The position numbers and the translations under genes were made by a program. DNA of 64,000 bases from an uncultured Planctomycetota bacterium (GTDB lineage Bacteria > Planctomycetota > Planctomycetia > Gemmatales > Gemmataceae): the NCBI GenBank assembly GCA_963849325.1, contig CAWKHF010000013.1, positions 17,325-81,324 of the forward strand, written 5' to 3'. Shown piece after piece: positions 1 through 11,359 of this stretch. The notes beneath the pieces were generated by a model, which worked only from the letters and a program-made list of their open reading frames with translations, did no database searches and had not been told where the DNA came from. Position 1 is the stretch's first letter; every line of letters begins with the position of its first letter.

Positions 1-140
1 GCCATGATTTCCTTCTCCGGGTGTTTCGCTTGCAACCGATTGTACACCGGCGAGCCGGCGGCGTCCGCCGGCCGCCTGTGTTGACGCCGCCCGAAGCCGC
101 CCCTATCCTCTCTCCATCCCTTCCCGGATGGAGAGAGCCG

Positions 141-2466
141 GTGAACCTCCCCCGTCTATTGCTGCGAAGGCTGCTCGGCCTACGCTTGCCGTTTACGCAA
201 GGCACTCTCCGCGTGCCGGGCCTGCAATCCCCTGTTCGTATCCACCGCGACCGCTGGGGCATTCCGCACATCGAGGCAGACAACGAGCGCGACGCCTATT
301 TCGGCATCGGCTTCTGCCACGCCCAGGATCGCACCTTTCAGCTTGAACTCCTGCTGCGCGTCGTCCGCGGCACCCTGAGCGAGCTGGTCGGCGCCGAGGC
401 TCTGCCGATCGATCGGCTGTCGCGGCGGATCGGCTTTCACCACGCCGCCCGCGAACAATGGCCGGTGCTCAACGCCGAGGTGCGGGGCATGCTCGACGCC
501 TATGCGCGCGGCGTCTGCGCCGGCGCGACGCACGGCCTGCCGCGACGGCCACACGAGTTCGCCCTGCTGCGCTCGGCGCCGACGCCGTGGACGGCGCTGG
601 ACAGCCTCGGCGGCGTCAAGTTGATCTCGTTCACCCTGGCCAGCAACTGGGACATCGAGCTGGCCCGGCTGCGCGTGCTGCTCGAAGACGGACCCGAGGC
701 ACTGACGGCCCTCGATCCGGCCTATCCGCCGTGGCTGCCGGTGACGGCGCCGCCAGGGCGACAGGCCGGGCCGATGCTGGATCGTCTGGCTGAGGAGCTG
801 AAGGCGTTCACCGCCGTCATGCGCCACCGGCGGCTCGAACAACTGGGCCGTCGCCGCCAGCCGCACCGCCACCGGCCGGCCGCTCCTGGCCAACGATCCG
901 CACCTCGACGCGCGTTTGCCGCCGCACTGGTATCTGATCCACGCTCGCACACCGCAATGGTCGATGGCCGGAGCGACCTTCCTCGGCGGTCCCGCCGTGC
1001 AGTGCGGCCACAACGGCTTCGCCGCCTGGGGCGTGACGGCCGGACTCATCGACAACACCGACCTGTTCCGCGAACAGATCGGCCCGGACGGCCGCAGCGT
1101 GCGCCAGGGTGACAGTTTCGTACCCTGCCCGGTGCGCGAGGAGGTCATCGCTGTGCGGGGCGCAGCCCGCGTCACCGAGCGCGTGCTGGTTACGCCGCGC
1201 GGCCCCATCGTCAGCCCGGCCCTGCGCGGCTGTGCCGAAGCGTTGTCGCTGCGAGCAGTGTGGCTCGATCCGCGGCCGCTGGACGGCCTGCTGCACTTGC
1301 ATCGCGTCCGCAGCTTCGACGAGTTTCGCCGGGCCGCCGTGTACTGGCCGGCCGCGTCGCAAAACATGGTCTATGCCGACCAATCCGGCGCCATCGGCTG
1401 GCAGATGTTCGGCCAGGCGCCGAAGCGTCGCCGAGGCTGGGGACTGGTCCCGGCACCCGGTTGGGAACCGGACGCCGGCTGGGAGTCGGATCTGGTGCCG
1501 GCCGAGCAGCTGCCGCACGTCCAGGATCCGGCCGAGGGCTTCGTGGCCACGGCCAACAATCAACCGCTGCCCGATGGCGTCGGTCCCTTCCTCGGCGTGG
1601 ACTGGCTCGATGGCTACCGCGTCGCCGCCATCGCCCGCGAACTGAGCGCCCGCGCCGATTGGGACGTGCCGCGCACGCTGGCCTTGCAGATGGACCAGCA
1701 CACCGTCGCCTGGGACGACCTGCGCGACGCCGTGCTGTCCGCTCCCGCCGGCGATGCCGACGCCCGGCAAGCCCTGGAGTTGCTGCGCCGCTGGGATGGC
1801 CGGGTGTCCGTCGATTCGCCGGCCGCGACCATGTATGAGTTGTTTCTGTCGGAGATGGAAGGCCGGGCGGCGCGGGCGAAGGCGCCGCGCACGTTCGCCA
1901 CCGTCCTCGGCGAGCCGCTGGGTCCGATCACGCCGTACAACTTCCTCTGCTACCGCCGTACCGGCCATCTGGCCCGGCTGTTGCGCGAGCAGCCCGCCGG
2001 CTGGTTCCAACGTCCCTGGCCGGACGAAATCGCCGACGCGCTGTCCGCCGTGGTGCGCCGACTGCGGACGAAGCACGGGACCGACCCGGCCCGCTGGGCT
2101 TTCGGTCGGCTGCGGAAGCTCATTCTGCGTCACCCGCTCGGCCGCGTCCGCTGGCTGGCGCCGATCTTCAATCGCGGGCCGATCCCCTATGGCGGCGATG
2201 CCGACACCATTAACCAGGGAGCCGTGCTGCCGCTCGATCCGCTGGCGGCGGTGGACACCATCGCCTCGCTGCGCACCGTCCTCGATGTGGGCGCCTGGCA
2301 CAACAGCCGTTTTTCCCTGCCCGGCGGCCAGTCCGGCAATCCGTTGTCTCCGCACTATGACGATCTGTTCCCTTTGTGGAAGCGAGGCGAGGGTGTGCCG
2401 ATCGCCTGGACCGAGGAAGAGGTTCGCCAGGCGGCGGTTCGGACGCTCGAACTGACCCCGATTTAG
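141..2466 (+). CDS. Penicillin acylase (Ntn-hydrolase, peptidase S45) family protein; one frameshift near 820-830
   Basis: N-terminal RDRWGIPHI..GFCHAQDR motif; beta-subunit start GGSNNWAV...LLANDPHL at ~829-906; C-terminal PGGQSGNPLSPHYDD. ORFs 21..1112 and 916..2466 joined; GTG start at 141. Confidence 0.9.
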
Positions 2467-2499
2467 ACAGAGGAATCGAGGACGTATTGCAGTCGTCGC

Positions 2500-2878
2500 G
2501 GAGTTCGCGGATGGCGGGCGTATCGACAGCTCCGCGAGGCCGCCGCCGAGTTGAGCAAGCAGCGACAGCGCGTCGCCGACCGTCTGGCGAAGAAAACGCA
2601 GAAACAGTTCGCGGACCTCGGCATGGTTGGGGCCAAGCTGGAGGCGGTGCTGGAGACAAATCCGCTGGGGGACGATCCGGCCCAATCCGACGTTCCCTCC
2701 CGGGGGCGCCGATCAGTTGGAGCTGACGCTGGCGGCCAACCCCGGCGAACCGGCCTTGCCGCTGCGCAAGGTGGCGTCCGGCGGCGAGCTATCGCGCACC
2801 ATGCTCGCCCTCAAGACCGTGCTCGCCGGACACGATTCGCGGCACCCTCGTCTGCGGGTAGAGCGAATCGCTCCATGA
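2500..2878 (+). pseudogene. recN: RecN C-terminal fragment (no N-terminus, truncated before Walker B, frameshifted)
   Basis: [25 protein letters not shown] then [32 protein letters not shown], matching the RecN NPGE/SGGE signature region. Confidence 0.75.
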
Positions 2879-3109
2879 GCGACATCTCTCCCCGTCTCCC
2901 GATTGCCGGTTGTCTCCGCTCGGCCAGGAGGCGACATTTCCCGCCACTCTCTCTGGGTGGCCAAGTGGCAAACGGCCCAGTTATCCCCTAGCTGACCAAC
3001 GACATAGCTGTTTGCCACCCCGTTTGCCCCGGCATAAACTGGCAAAATGCCGGTGGCTCGAAAACATCCTCTCGTTGGCCTTGGAGAGATACCAACCGTG
3101 ACAAGCCGC

Positions 3110-4606
3110 ATGATTCGCGTCCGCACTCTCTTACTGTTCCTACTAGTCGGTCTGCTGTCCTTGCCCACCGCTCGCGCAGCGGAAGCGGCAGCGAAGGTAT
3201 ACGTCATCCTCTGGTTTGATACCGAGGATTATCTGCTGCCCGCCAGCGACGACGCGGCCCTGCATCTAGCGGACTTCCTCAGCAACGAAGGCGTTCGCGC
3301 CACCTTCAAGGTGGTCGGCGAGAAGGCGCGCACCCTGGAGCGCCGCAAACGCACCGATGTGATCGCCGCTCTGAAAAAGCACGAGATCGGTTTTCACTCC
3401 AACTGGCACAGCGTCCAACCCAGTCCGGCGCTGTACCTGTCTCAGCTCGGTTGGGACGAGGGCGTTGGGGAATTTGACCGGCGTGAGGGACCCGGACGTG
3501 CCGACGTCGAGCGCGTTTTCGGCCAGGCGCCGACCTGCTACGGCCAGCCCGGCAGCTCGTGGGGACCGCAAAGTTACGGCGCCATGAGCCGGTGGGGCAT
3601 GAAGGTCTATCTCGACGCGGGCAGCCACGTCAACTTGAACGAACGGCCGTGCTATTACTGCGGCGTCCTGAATCTGTACAAGCTGGCCCACACGCTGCGG
3701 GCCAACCTCAATAACCCGAAGGAGCTGCCTCAAGCGGAGGAGCGTTTTGTCCGCGCTCGCCAGGAGTTGCTCGCCGAGGGCGGCGGCGTGGTCAGCATCT
3801 TCTATCACCCTTGCGAGTTCGTCCACAAGCAGTTCTGGGACGGCGTCAACTTCGCCAGGGGCCAGAACCCGCCGCGGACGCAGTGGAAGGAGCCGCCGGC
3901 CAAGACGGCCGAGGAAACACGCTCGTCTTACCAGGTCTTCGAGGAGTACGTTCGCTTCCTCAAACGCTTCCCCGAGGTGCGATTCATCACGGCGTCGGAG
4001 GCGGCCCGGCTGTACCGCGATCGCGCTCGTGGTCGTCGCTTCGGCGCCGCCGAGATCAAGACCCTCGCGGAGTCCGTCGGCGCGGACGTGACTTTCCAGA
4101 CGTTCAAGGACCATGCGCTCTCGGCCGGCGAAGTGTTCACGCTGCTCAATGCGTATGTCGCGGAACGCGGCAACGGCCATGCTCCCGAACACGTCGAACT
4201 GAAGGAGACGCCGCTCGGGCCGACCGGACGGGTTCCCGTGCTGACGGAGGCGGTGACGACGGATGCCAGCCAGTTTCGGCGGACCAGCCTGGACGTCGCC
4301 GACTTTCTCCGCAAGCAGGGGCGCATCCCCACGGCCGTCTGGCTCGGCAGTCGGCCGGTGCCGCCCGAGGCGTACCTGGCCGCCCTGGCCCGCGTCGCTC
4401 AGACGCTGCTCGACGAAAAGGCCATGCCGGAGACGATCGAAGTCAAGCCGGCCAAGCTGACGGCGGCGAAGTACGTCGCCGACGATGACCCGAAGAAACT
4501 GTGGGGCTGGGTGATCTTCCCGCCCAACTTCCGGGCGCCGGCGCTGATGGAGTTGGCGAAAAAGCAAGCGTGGACGCTGAAGCCGGCGATCCTGGATCAA
4601 GAATAG
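3110..4606 (+). CDS. Secreted polysaccharide deacetylase-like (NodB/GH57-type barrel) protein
   Basis: Signal peptide; LWFDTED, ATFKVVGE, HEIGFHSNWH and IFYHP motifs. Confidence 0.7.
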   Translation: MIRVRTLLLFLLVGLLSLPTARAAEAAAKVYVILWFDTEDYLLPASDDAALHLADFLSNEGVRATFKVVGEKARTLERRKRTDVIAALKKHEIGFHSNWHSVQPSPALYLSQLGWDEGVGEFDRREGPGRADVERVFGQAPTCYGQPGSSWGPQSYGAMSRWGMKVYLDAGSHVNLNERPCYYCGVLNLYKLAHTLRANLNNPKELPQAEERFVRARQELLAEGGGVVSIFYHPCEFVHKQFWDGVNFARGQNPPRTQWKEPPAKTAEETRSSYQVFEEYVRFLKRFPEVRFITASEAARLYRDRARGRRFGAAEIKTLAESVGADVTFQTFKDHALSAGEVFTLLNAYVAERGNGHAPEHVELKETPLGPTGRVPVLTEAVTTDASQFRRTSLDVADFLRKQGRIPTAVWLGSRPVPPEAYLAALARVAQTLLDEKAMPETIEVKPAKLTAAKYVADDDPKKLWGWVIFPPNFRAPALMELAKKQAWTLKPAILDQE

Positions 4607-4703
4607 GGTTTAGGGTTTAGGGTTTAGGGTTTAGGGTGAAGAACAGCCAACCACGCTTGGCCTCTGTATCCCAAACCCCTAAACCCTAAACCCTAAACCC
4701 TAC
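4604..4703. repeat. Palindromic element with TTTAGGG tandem arms (about 5 units + spacer + about 4 inverted units)
   Basis: (TAGGGTT)x4 TAGGGTG at 4604-4638; inverted CCCTAAA array at ~4670-4703. Confidence 0.95.
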
Positions 4704-4787
4704 TCCGTTGGTCAACGCACGGCGAACCCATAAACTAAGAGCGACCCATGAGCGGTCTTCCGCCCGTTTCGTGAGCGAGGTACGCAC

Positions 4788-6083
4788 ATGACCCCTGCAC
4801 CGATCCCCGGAAGATTGGCCTTGCTGGTCGGCGGCGGTCCAGCCCCGGGGATCAACGGCGTCATCAGTTCGGTGGCCATCGAGGCTGTCGAACAGGGCAT
4901 CGAGGTGATCGGCTTCCGCGACGGGTTTCAATGGCTGGTCAAGGGCGACGCCGACCACCACCGCAAGCTGTCCATCGACGACGTCAAGGCCATCCACCTG
5001 CGCGGCGGCTCCATCCTCGGCACCTCGCGCACCAACCCCACCCGCTCCGAGCAGGACATGCAGAACGTGCTGGACGTGTTCCGCCGTCTGAACGTGACCA
5101 TGCTGGTGACCATCGGCGGCGACGACACGGCCTATTCGGGCAGCCAGGTCTATCTCAAGGCGGCCGGGGCCGTCCGCGTCGCCCACGTGCCCAAGACCAT
5201 CGACAACGACCTGCCTCTGCCCGGCTCGACGCCGACGTTCGGCTTCGAGACGGCCCGGCAGGTCGGCGTCGGCATCATTCGCAACCTGGCCGAGGACGCG
5301 CGGACCACGTCGCGCTGGTATCTCATCATCAGCATGGGCCGGGCGGCCGGGCACCTGGCGCTGGGCATCGGCAAGGCGGCCGCGGCGACCTTGACCATCA
5401 TCCCCGAGGAGTTCGGCGGCCGCCGCGTCACGCTCGACGAGGTGTGCGACATCCTCATCGGCAGCGTCATCAAGCGGCGCAGCATGCACGCCAATTACGG
5501 CGTCGCCGTGCTGGCGGAGGGATTGCTGGAGGCCATCGGCGAGACCGGCTTGCTGGAGTGCATGAGCACCGCTCAGCTCGGCCGCTACGGCCAGATCATC
5601 CGCGATCCGCACGGCCATCTCCGCCTCGGCGAAATCGAGTTCGGCCGCATGATCAAGGACCGCTTGTCGGCCCGCCTGGAGGAGATCAACCTGCCGGTCA
5701 CGCTGATCGACAAGGACCTCGGCTACGAGATGCGCTGCGCCGACCCGATCCCGTTCGACGCCGAGTACACCCGCGACCTCGGCTACGGGGCCGTCAAGTT
5801 CCTCCGCTCCGAGGAGGCCGGCCGGTTCGGGGCCATCATCAGCCTGGTGGGCGGCCATCTCGAACCGCTGCCGTTTACGCAAATGATCAATCCGCAGACG
5901 CTGCGCATGCAGACGCGGCGGGTGGACGTCAACGGCGAAGGATATGAATGCGCCCGTCGTTACATGATCCGCCTGGAGCGCCGCGATTTCGACAACGCGC
6001 AGCGCCTGTCGCGGCTGGCCAGCGCCTCCGGCATGACCGCCGAGCAGTTCCGCCAGCGCTTCGAGTACCTCGTGGCGACATGA
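4788..6083 (+). CDS. pfp: 6-phosphofructokinase, probably PPi-dependent
   Basis: GGGPAPGIN, GGSILGTSR, IGGDDT and PKTIDND motifs. The Asp in GGDD and Lys in PKTIDND are the established PPi-type residues. MGRAAGHLA also present. Confidence 0.9.
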   Translation: MTPAPIPGRLALLVGGGPAPGINGVISSVAIEAVEQGIEVIGFRDGFQWLVKGDADHHRKLSIDDVKAIHLRGGSILGTSRTNPTRSEQDMQNVLDVFRRLNVTMLVTIGGDDTAYSGSQVYLKAAGAVRVAHVPKTIDNDLPLPGSTPTFGFETARQVGVGIIRNLAEDARTTSRWYLIISMGRAAGHLALGIGKAAAATLTIIPEEFGGRRVTLDEVCDILIGSVIKRRSMHANYGVAVLAEGLLEAIGETGLLECMSTAQLGRYGQIIRDPHGHLRLGEIEFGRMIKDRLSARLEEINLPVTLIDKDLGYEMRCADPIPFDAEYTRDLGYGAVKFLRSEEAGRFGAIISLVGGHLEPLPFTQMINPQTLRMQTRRVDVNGEGYECARRYMIRLERRDFDNAQRLSRLASASGMTAEQFRQRFEYLVAT

Positions 6084-6230
6084 CACGATCTCGCCTCGCC
6101 TCGGTTCGGGACGGAGAGAATCGTTCAACCCCCCATGATGGATTGTTTCGCCCTCCTTCCGACGGCCTGCCCTCCGAGTTGGACCCTCAGACCCCGACGC
6201 CCGCTGTCGTATTTCGCGGAGAACGTTCTC

Positions 6231-9083
6231 ATGCTCGATTGCTCCCGGCGGCATCCGCCCCGTAGGTCGTCGCTGCTTCTGCTCCTTGCGGTGTCTCTCC
6301 TTTCCACTGGGGCAAACAGTCATGCCGCCGACACGCCCGCGAAGCCGGCCAAACCGGATGGGCACCCGGTCGTCCCCGGCTTCGAGCGCTTTTACGCTGC
6401 CTCCGGTGCGGATGCGGTCCAGGGCGGACGACTGTTGCTGGGCGAGTTGAACTGCATCAGCTGCCACAAGCCGGAGGCGGGCCAGGAAGGCTCGCTTCCG
6501 CGCAAGCAGGCGCCGATCCTCGATGGCGTGGCCGGCCGCGTGCGGCGCAGCTATCCTGCGCAAGTATCCTGAGCCGATCCGCAGGCGGTCAAGCCGGGCA
6601 CCACCATGCCCAACCTCTTCGCCGCTCTGCCGGAGGTGGAACGGCGGGCGCAGGTCGAGGCGCTCGTCCACTTCCTCGCCTCGACCGGCACGCTCCGGCA
6701 GGAACGTCCCGACAGGAAGCCGATCGCTCCGGGCAAGCAACTCTATCACCAGGTCGGCTGCGTCGCCTGCCACGGCACGCGCGACAAGGCCGGCAACGCC
6801 GGACAAGCTGCTGCCGACCTCCGTGCCGCTGGGCGATCTGCGGGCGAAGTATTCGATCGCCAGCCTGGCGGCTTTCCTGGAGAATCCGCACGCCGTGCGC
6901 CCCTCCGGCCGCATGCCCGGCATCCTCAACGCCAAGGAGGCGCAAGCAGGTCGCCAACTACCTGTTGCAGGGTCTGGCTCTCGCCGAGCCGTCGCCGAAC
7001 ATGACCTACGCCTACTACGAAGGGCAGCTGGGACCGGCTGCCGGACTTCGCCAGCTCAAGCCGATGGCCACGGGGAAGACGGACGGCTTCGACCTGAGCG
7101 TGGCCCGCCGGTCGGCGACAATTTCGCCCTGCGCTTCGAGGGCTATCTGCGGATCGAGCGGGCGGGCGAATATCGCTTCCACCTGACCAGCGACGACGGC
7201 AGCAAGCTGTTCCTCGATGACAAGCTGGTCGTCGCCAACGACGGCGTCCATGCGCCGAGCACGGTCTCCGGGTCGGTGAAGCTGACGAAGGGCGTGCACA
7301 AGCTGACGGCGGACGTGTTCAATGCCGGCGGCGGCGTCGAGTTGAGCGTGGAGATCGAGGGGCCGGGCCTGGGCCGGCAGGACGTCACGCCGCTCGTCAC
7401 CCTGACGCCCGAGGGCAATCCGAAGGTCGCCGTCAAGCCGATCGATCCCGGCGAAGACGATGATTTCCCGATCGAGCCGGAATTGGCGGCGAAGGGCCGC
7501 GAGCTGTTCGCGTCGCTCGGCTGCGCCGGCTGCCATCAACTGAACGCCGAGCAAGAAGCCGCTCGCGTCCGCCTTGAAGGCTCCCCGCTTGGGCAAGCTC
7601 CGTCCCGAGGGCGGCTGCCTGGCGCCGGAGCCGGCCAAGGGGCTGCCCTGGTATTCGCTCAACGCCGCCCAGCGGAGCGCCCTCGCTGCGGCTGTCCGGT
7701 CGCCAGTGCCCGCCGGCTCGCCCCGGTCCCCGCGGAAGTCGTCGCTCGGACGCTGACGACCTTCAACTGCTACGCCTGCCACGAGCGCGACAAGGTCGGC
7801 GGCCCGGAGGAGGGCTTCAACTCCCTCTTCACCACCACGCAGCCGGAGATGGGCGAGGAGGGCCGCATGCCGCCGCCGCTCGACGGCGTCGGCGCCAAGC
7901 TCAACGGCAGGATTACCTCACGACACATCCTCGACCAGGGCGCTCACGATCGGCCCTACATGCTCACGCACATGCCGGGCTTCGGCGCGGCGAACCTGCC
8001 CGGACTGGCCGCGGCGTTCGAGACGCTCGACAAGGACACGGTGGAGCCGGTCGCCAAGGTGACGTTCACGGAACCTCTGGCGCCGCGTCAAGACGGAGGC
8101 CCGGCACATGGTCGGCGGCACGTCGCTGGGCTGCGTCAAGTGCCACACCTTCGCCGGCCACAAGGCCGAGGGCGTGCAGGGCATCGACATGCTGCTCATG
8201 CCGCAGCGTCTGCAAGCACGACTGGTTCTATCGCTACCTCCTCGATCCGCAGAAACTGCGGCCCGGCACGCGCATGCCGACCGCCTGGACCAACGGCATG
8301 ACCGTCTTGCCGGACGTCCTCGGCGGCTCCACCGCCAAGCAGATCGAGGCCATCTGGGTCTACCTGTCAAGACGGCAGCAAGGCCGCGCTGCCGCTGGGA
8401 ATCAACAAGCACTTCATCCCGCTGGTGCCCGACAAGGAGGCGATCATCTACCGCAACTTCCTCGAGGGCGCGGGCCGCGGGCCATCGGCGTCGGCTACCC
8501 CGAGAAGGCGCACCTGGCCTTCGACGCCAACGAGCTGCGGCTGGCGCATGATCTGGCAGGGGGCATTTCATCGACGCCGCGCGGCACTGGACCGACCGCG
8601 GCGTCGGCTTCGAGCCGCCGCTGGGCGACAACGTCCTGCATCTGCCTGCCGGGGTCAGCTTCGCCGTGCTCGCCAAGCGCCGACGAGGCCTGGCCGACGA
8701 AGTCGGCGACGGAGCTGGGCTACAAGTTCCACGGCTACCGCCTGACGGCGGACGAGCGGCCGACGTTCCTCTATTCCTGCCACGGCGTCCGCATCGAGGA
8801 CTTTCCCAACGCCGTGGCCAGCGTGCCCAATCCCGTCGATCCGCCGCACGCTGACACTGACCGCCGAAAGGCCGTGGACAACCTCTGGTTCCGGGCCGCG
8901 GTCGCCGACAAGATCGAACCGGCTGGCGACAAAGGCTGGTATCGCATCAACGGCGAATGGACGATGAAGATCGATGCCGGCGCCGCGCCGCAGGTCCGCA
9001 AGAGCGGCGGCAAGGTGGAACTGCTGGTGCCGGTGCGTTTCCAGGACGGCAAGGCCCGCATCGTTCAGGAGTTTGTGTGGTGA
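6231..9083 (+). CDS. Secreted multiheme c-type cytochrome with PA14 domain; several frameshifts
   Basis: Signal peptide; five CxxCH motifs (CISCH, CVACH, CAGCH, CYACH, CVKCH); PA14 motif FHLTSDDGSKL...NDGVH; PGTRMP axial-Met motifs. Spread over ORFs 6135, 6606, 6523, 8108, 8274 and 8425. Confidence 0.8.
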
Positions 9084-9088
9084 ATTAT

Positions 9089-9153
9089 GTTTAGCCGCGA
9101 CGCGCAGCGGAGCGCGGGACTCTCCCGCGCTCCGCTGCGCGTCGCGGCTAAAC
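9089..9153. repeat. REP-like perfect palindrome (31-bp arms, 3-nt loop); related copy at 56171-56236
   Basis: GTTTAGCCGCGACGCGCAGCGGAGCGCGGGA-CTC-reverse complement. Confidence 0.9.
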
Positions 9154-9200
9154 CTGAAAGAGAATTGTTTGGACGATCTCATTTTTCCGACGAGATCCTC

Positions 9201-10764
9201 ATGAGACGAACCTACCTCGTTTGCTGCGGCGTTCTCTTCCTCGCGGCCGTCCCGCTGCGGGCCGCGGATAAGCCACCGACGGAGGAGGACTATTACAAAA
9301 TCCTCCGCTACGACGTCGCCGAAGGGCGAGGTGCTGGAGGCCGGCGCCATCGAGTTCATGCCCGACGGCCGGCTCGCCGTCGGCACGCGCCGCGGCGAAA
9401 TCTGGATGGTCGCACAACGCCCTCGCCGCCGACCCGAAGGAGGCGAAGTTCACGCGCTTCGCCCACGGCCTGCACGAAGTCCTCGGCCTGGCCGCCAAGG
9501 GCGGCTGGCTCTACGTCACGCAGCGCCGCGACGTGTCGCGCATCAAGGACAGCAACGGCGACGGCAAGGCCGACGTCTTCGAGGTCGTCAGCGACGACTG
9601 GGAGATCAGCGGCGACTACCACGAATACGCCTTCGGCTCGCGCTTCGACAAGGACGGCAACCTGTGGGTGGCCCTGTGCCTGACCGGCTCGTTCACCAGC
9701 GACAGCAAGTTCCGCGGCTGGTGCCTGCAACATCACGCCCGACGGCAAGATCGTCCCGACGTCCAGCGGCGTCCGCTCGCCGGGCGGCATCGGCTTCAAC
9801 GCCGAGGGCGACATCTTCTACACCGACAACCAGGGCCCGTGGAACGGCACCTGCGACCTGAAGCACCTCGTGCCGGGCGGCTTCATGGGCCACCCCGACA
9901 GCTTCAAGTGGTATCCGACCAGGCCAAGGACCTCGGCCCCGCGCCGGAGGTGCCCAAGAGCAACAGCCGCATCATGACCGAGGCCAAGCGCATCCCGCAA
10001 CTACGTCCCGCCGGCGATCCTGTTCCCCTACGGCAAGATGGGCCAGTCCGCCAGCGGCATCGACTGCGACCTGTCCGGCGGCAAGTTCGGCCCGTTCGCG
10101 AAGCAACTGTTCGTCGGCGACCAGACGCACAGCACGGTCATGCGCGTCTTCCTGGAGAAGGTCAACGGCCGCTATCAGGGGGCGTGCTTCCCCTTCCGCT
10201 CGGGCTTCGGCTCGGGCAACGTGCCGATGCGGTTCGCCCCGGACGGCTCGCTGATCGTCGGCGGCACCAATCGCGGCTGGGGCTCGCGCGGGCCGAAGCC
10301 GTTCGCCCTGGAGCGGCTGGTGTGGACCGGCAAGACGCCGTTCGAGATCCACGAGATGCACGCCAAGCCCGACGGCTTCGAGCTGACCTTCACCCAGCCG
10401 GTCGATCCGAAGACGGCCGGCGATCCGAAGTCGTACTCGATGAAGACGTTCACCTACATCTATCGCGCCGAGTACGGCAGCCCGGAGGTCGATCAGACGA
10501 CGCCGACGATCGATCGCGTCGACGGTCGGCGCCGACGGCAAGAGCGTGCGGCTGTACGTGAACGAGTTGCAGGAGGGCCACATCCACGACCTGAGCGCGG
10601 CGGGCGTGCGTTCGGCGGCCGGGCTGCCGCTGCTGCACAAGGAGGCGTATTACACGCTCAATTACATCCCCGCGGAGAAAGGAGAGGTAGGGACAAAGGG
10701 CCTTCGCTCAAAAAATTCCGTTCTTCCTTGTAAGGATTGGACACGTCCCCCGACTAAGAGCTAA
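9201..10764 (+). CDS. PVC-type beta-propeller (sorbosone/glucose dehydrogenase-like) protein, partner of the upstream cytochrome; frameshifted
   Basis: Signal peptide; [41 protein letters not shown] and [10 protein letters not shown] segments across ORFs 9087, 9331, 9533, 10038 and 10546. Confidence 0.75.
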
Positions 10765-10808
10765 TGGAAAAACTTCCGGAACGGTGAGCGTCAGCCCCCT
10801 CCGCATGG

Positions 10809-11213
10809 CTACGAGGAACGTCCGTTGTCTTCCAGGCCGAGTTCTTGCAAGGATGAAGCCTTGAGCACGGCGCGTAACAGTTCCTCCAATCGCTCCGCCG
10901 GCCAGGCGTCCAGGTGCTGCAATACGGAGGGACTCAACGCGCCGAACTTCTCTTCCAACTGTACCCGCACGGCCTGGCGCATGCCTTGGGCCAAGCCTTT
11001 CTCCCACGTGGTCATTGCCATCGTCACCACCTCCCGGTACGGTTCCGTGTTGAGCAACCGTTCATATTCTCGTTGTTGCTCCTCGTCCAACTCCAGGTAT
11101 GCCTCGACGCACTCGCGCAGCAGGAAACGGCGATATTCGTTCTCCGGACATTCCAGCCAAACCCGCCGCAACGCCTCGCTGCGCAACCACGCCTGCCGAT
11201 CGTGTTCGGCCAT
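10809..11213 (-). CDS. Rpn/DUF4351-type C-terminal domain protein lacking the nuclease domain
   Basis: ATG at 11213 with GGAGG SD. TTWEKGLAQG...QLEEKFGALS...LEELLRAVLKASSLQEL is typical of Rpn/DUF4351 C-termini. Confidence 0.7.
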   Translation of the reverse strand: MAEHDRQAWLRSEALRRVWLECPENEYRRFLLRECVEAYLELDEEQQREYERLLNTEPYREVVTMAMTTWEKGLAQGMRQAVRVQLEEKFGALSPSVLQHLDAWPAERLEELLRAVLKASSLQELGLEDNGRSS

Positions 11214-11359
11214 GTCGTCGTCCCTCCGTGGCCGCGTTCGTCCTCCGAGTGTAGGCGACGCCAGCGACAGCGCGAAGAGCAACCGTCTCGCCTTTCGTCC
11301 GGCGGCCGAATTATAATGAGGCCGAGTGAGGATCGCCGGAACGGGAGAGATCGAAGCCG

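Noticed and set aside
4604-4703. Eukaryotic telomere contamination or a chromosome end
   Set aside because: The array is short, internal, arranged as an inverted pair, in register with a bacterial stop codon, and has a second related copy.
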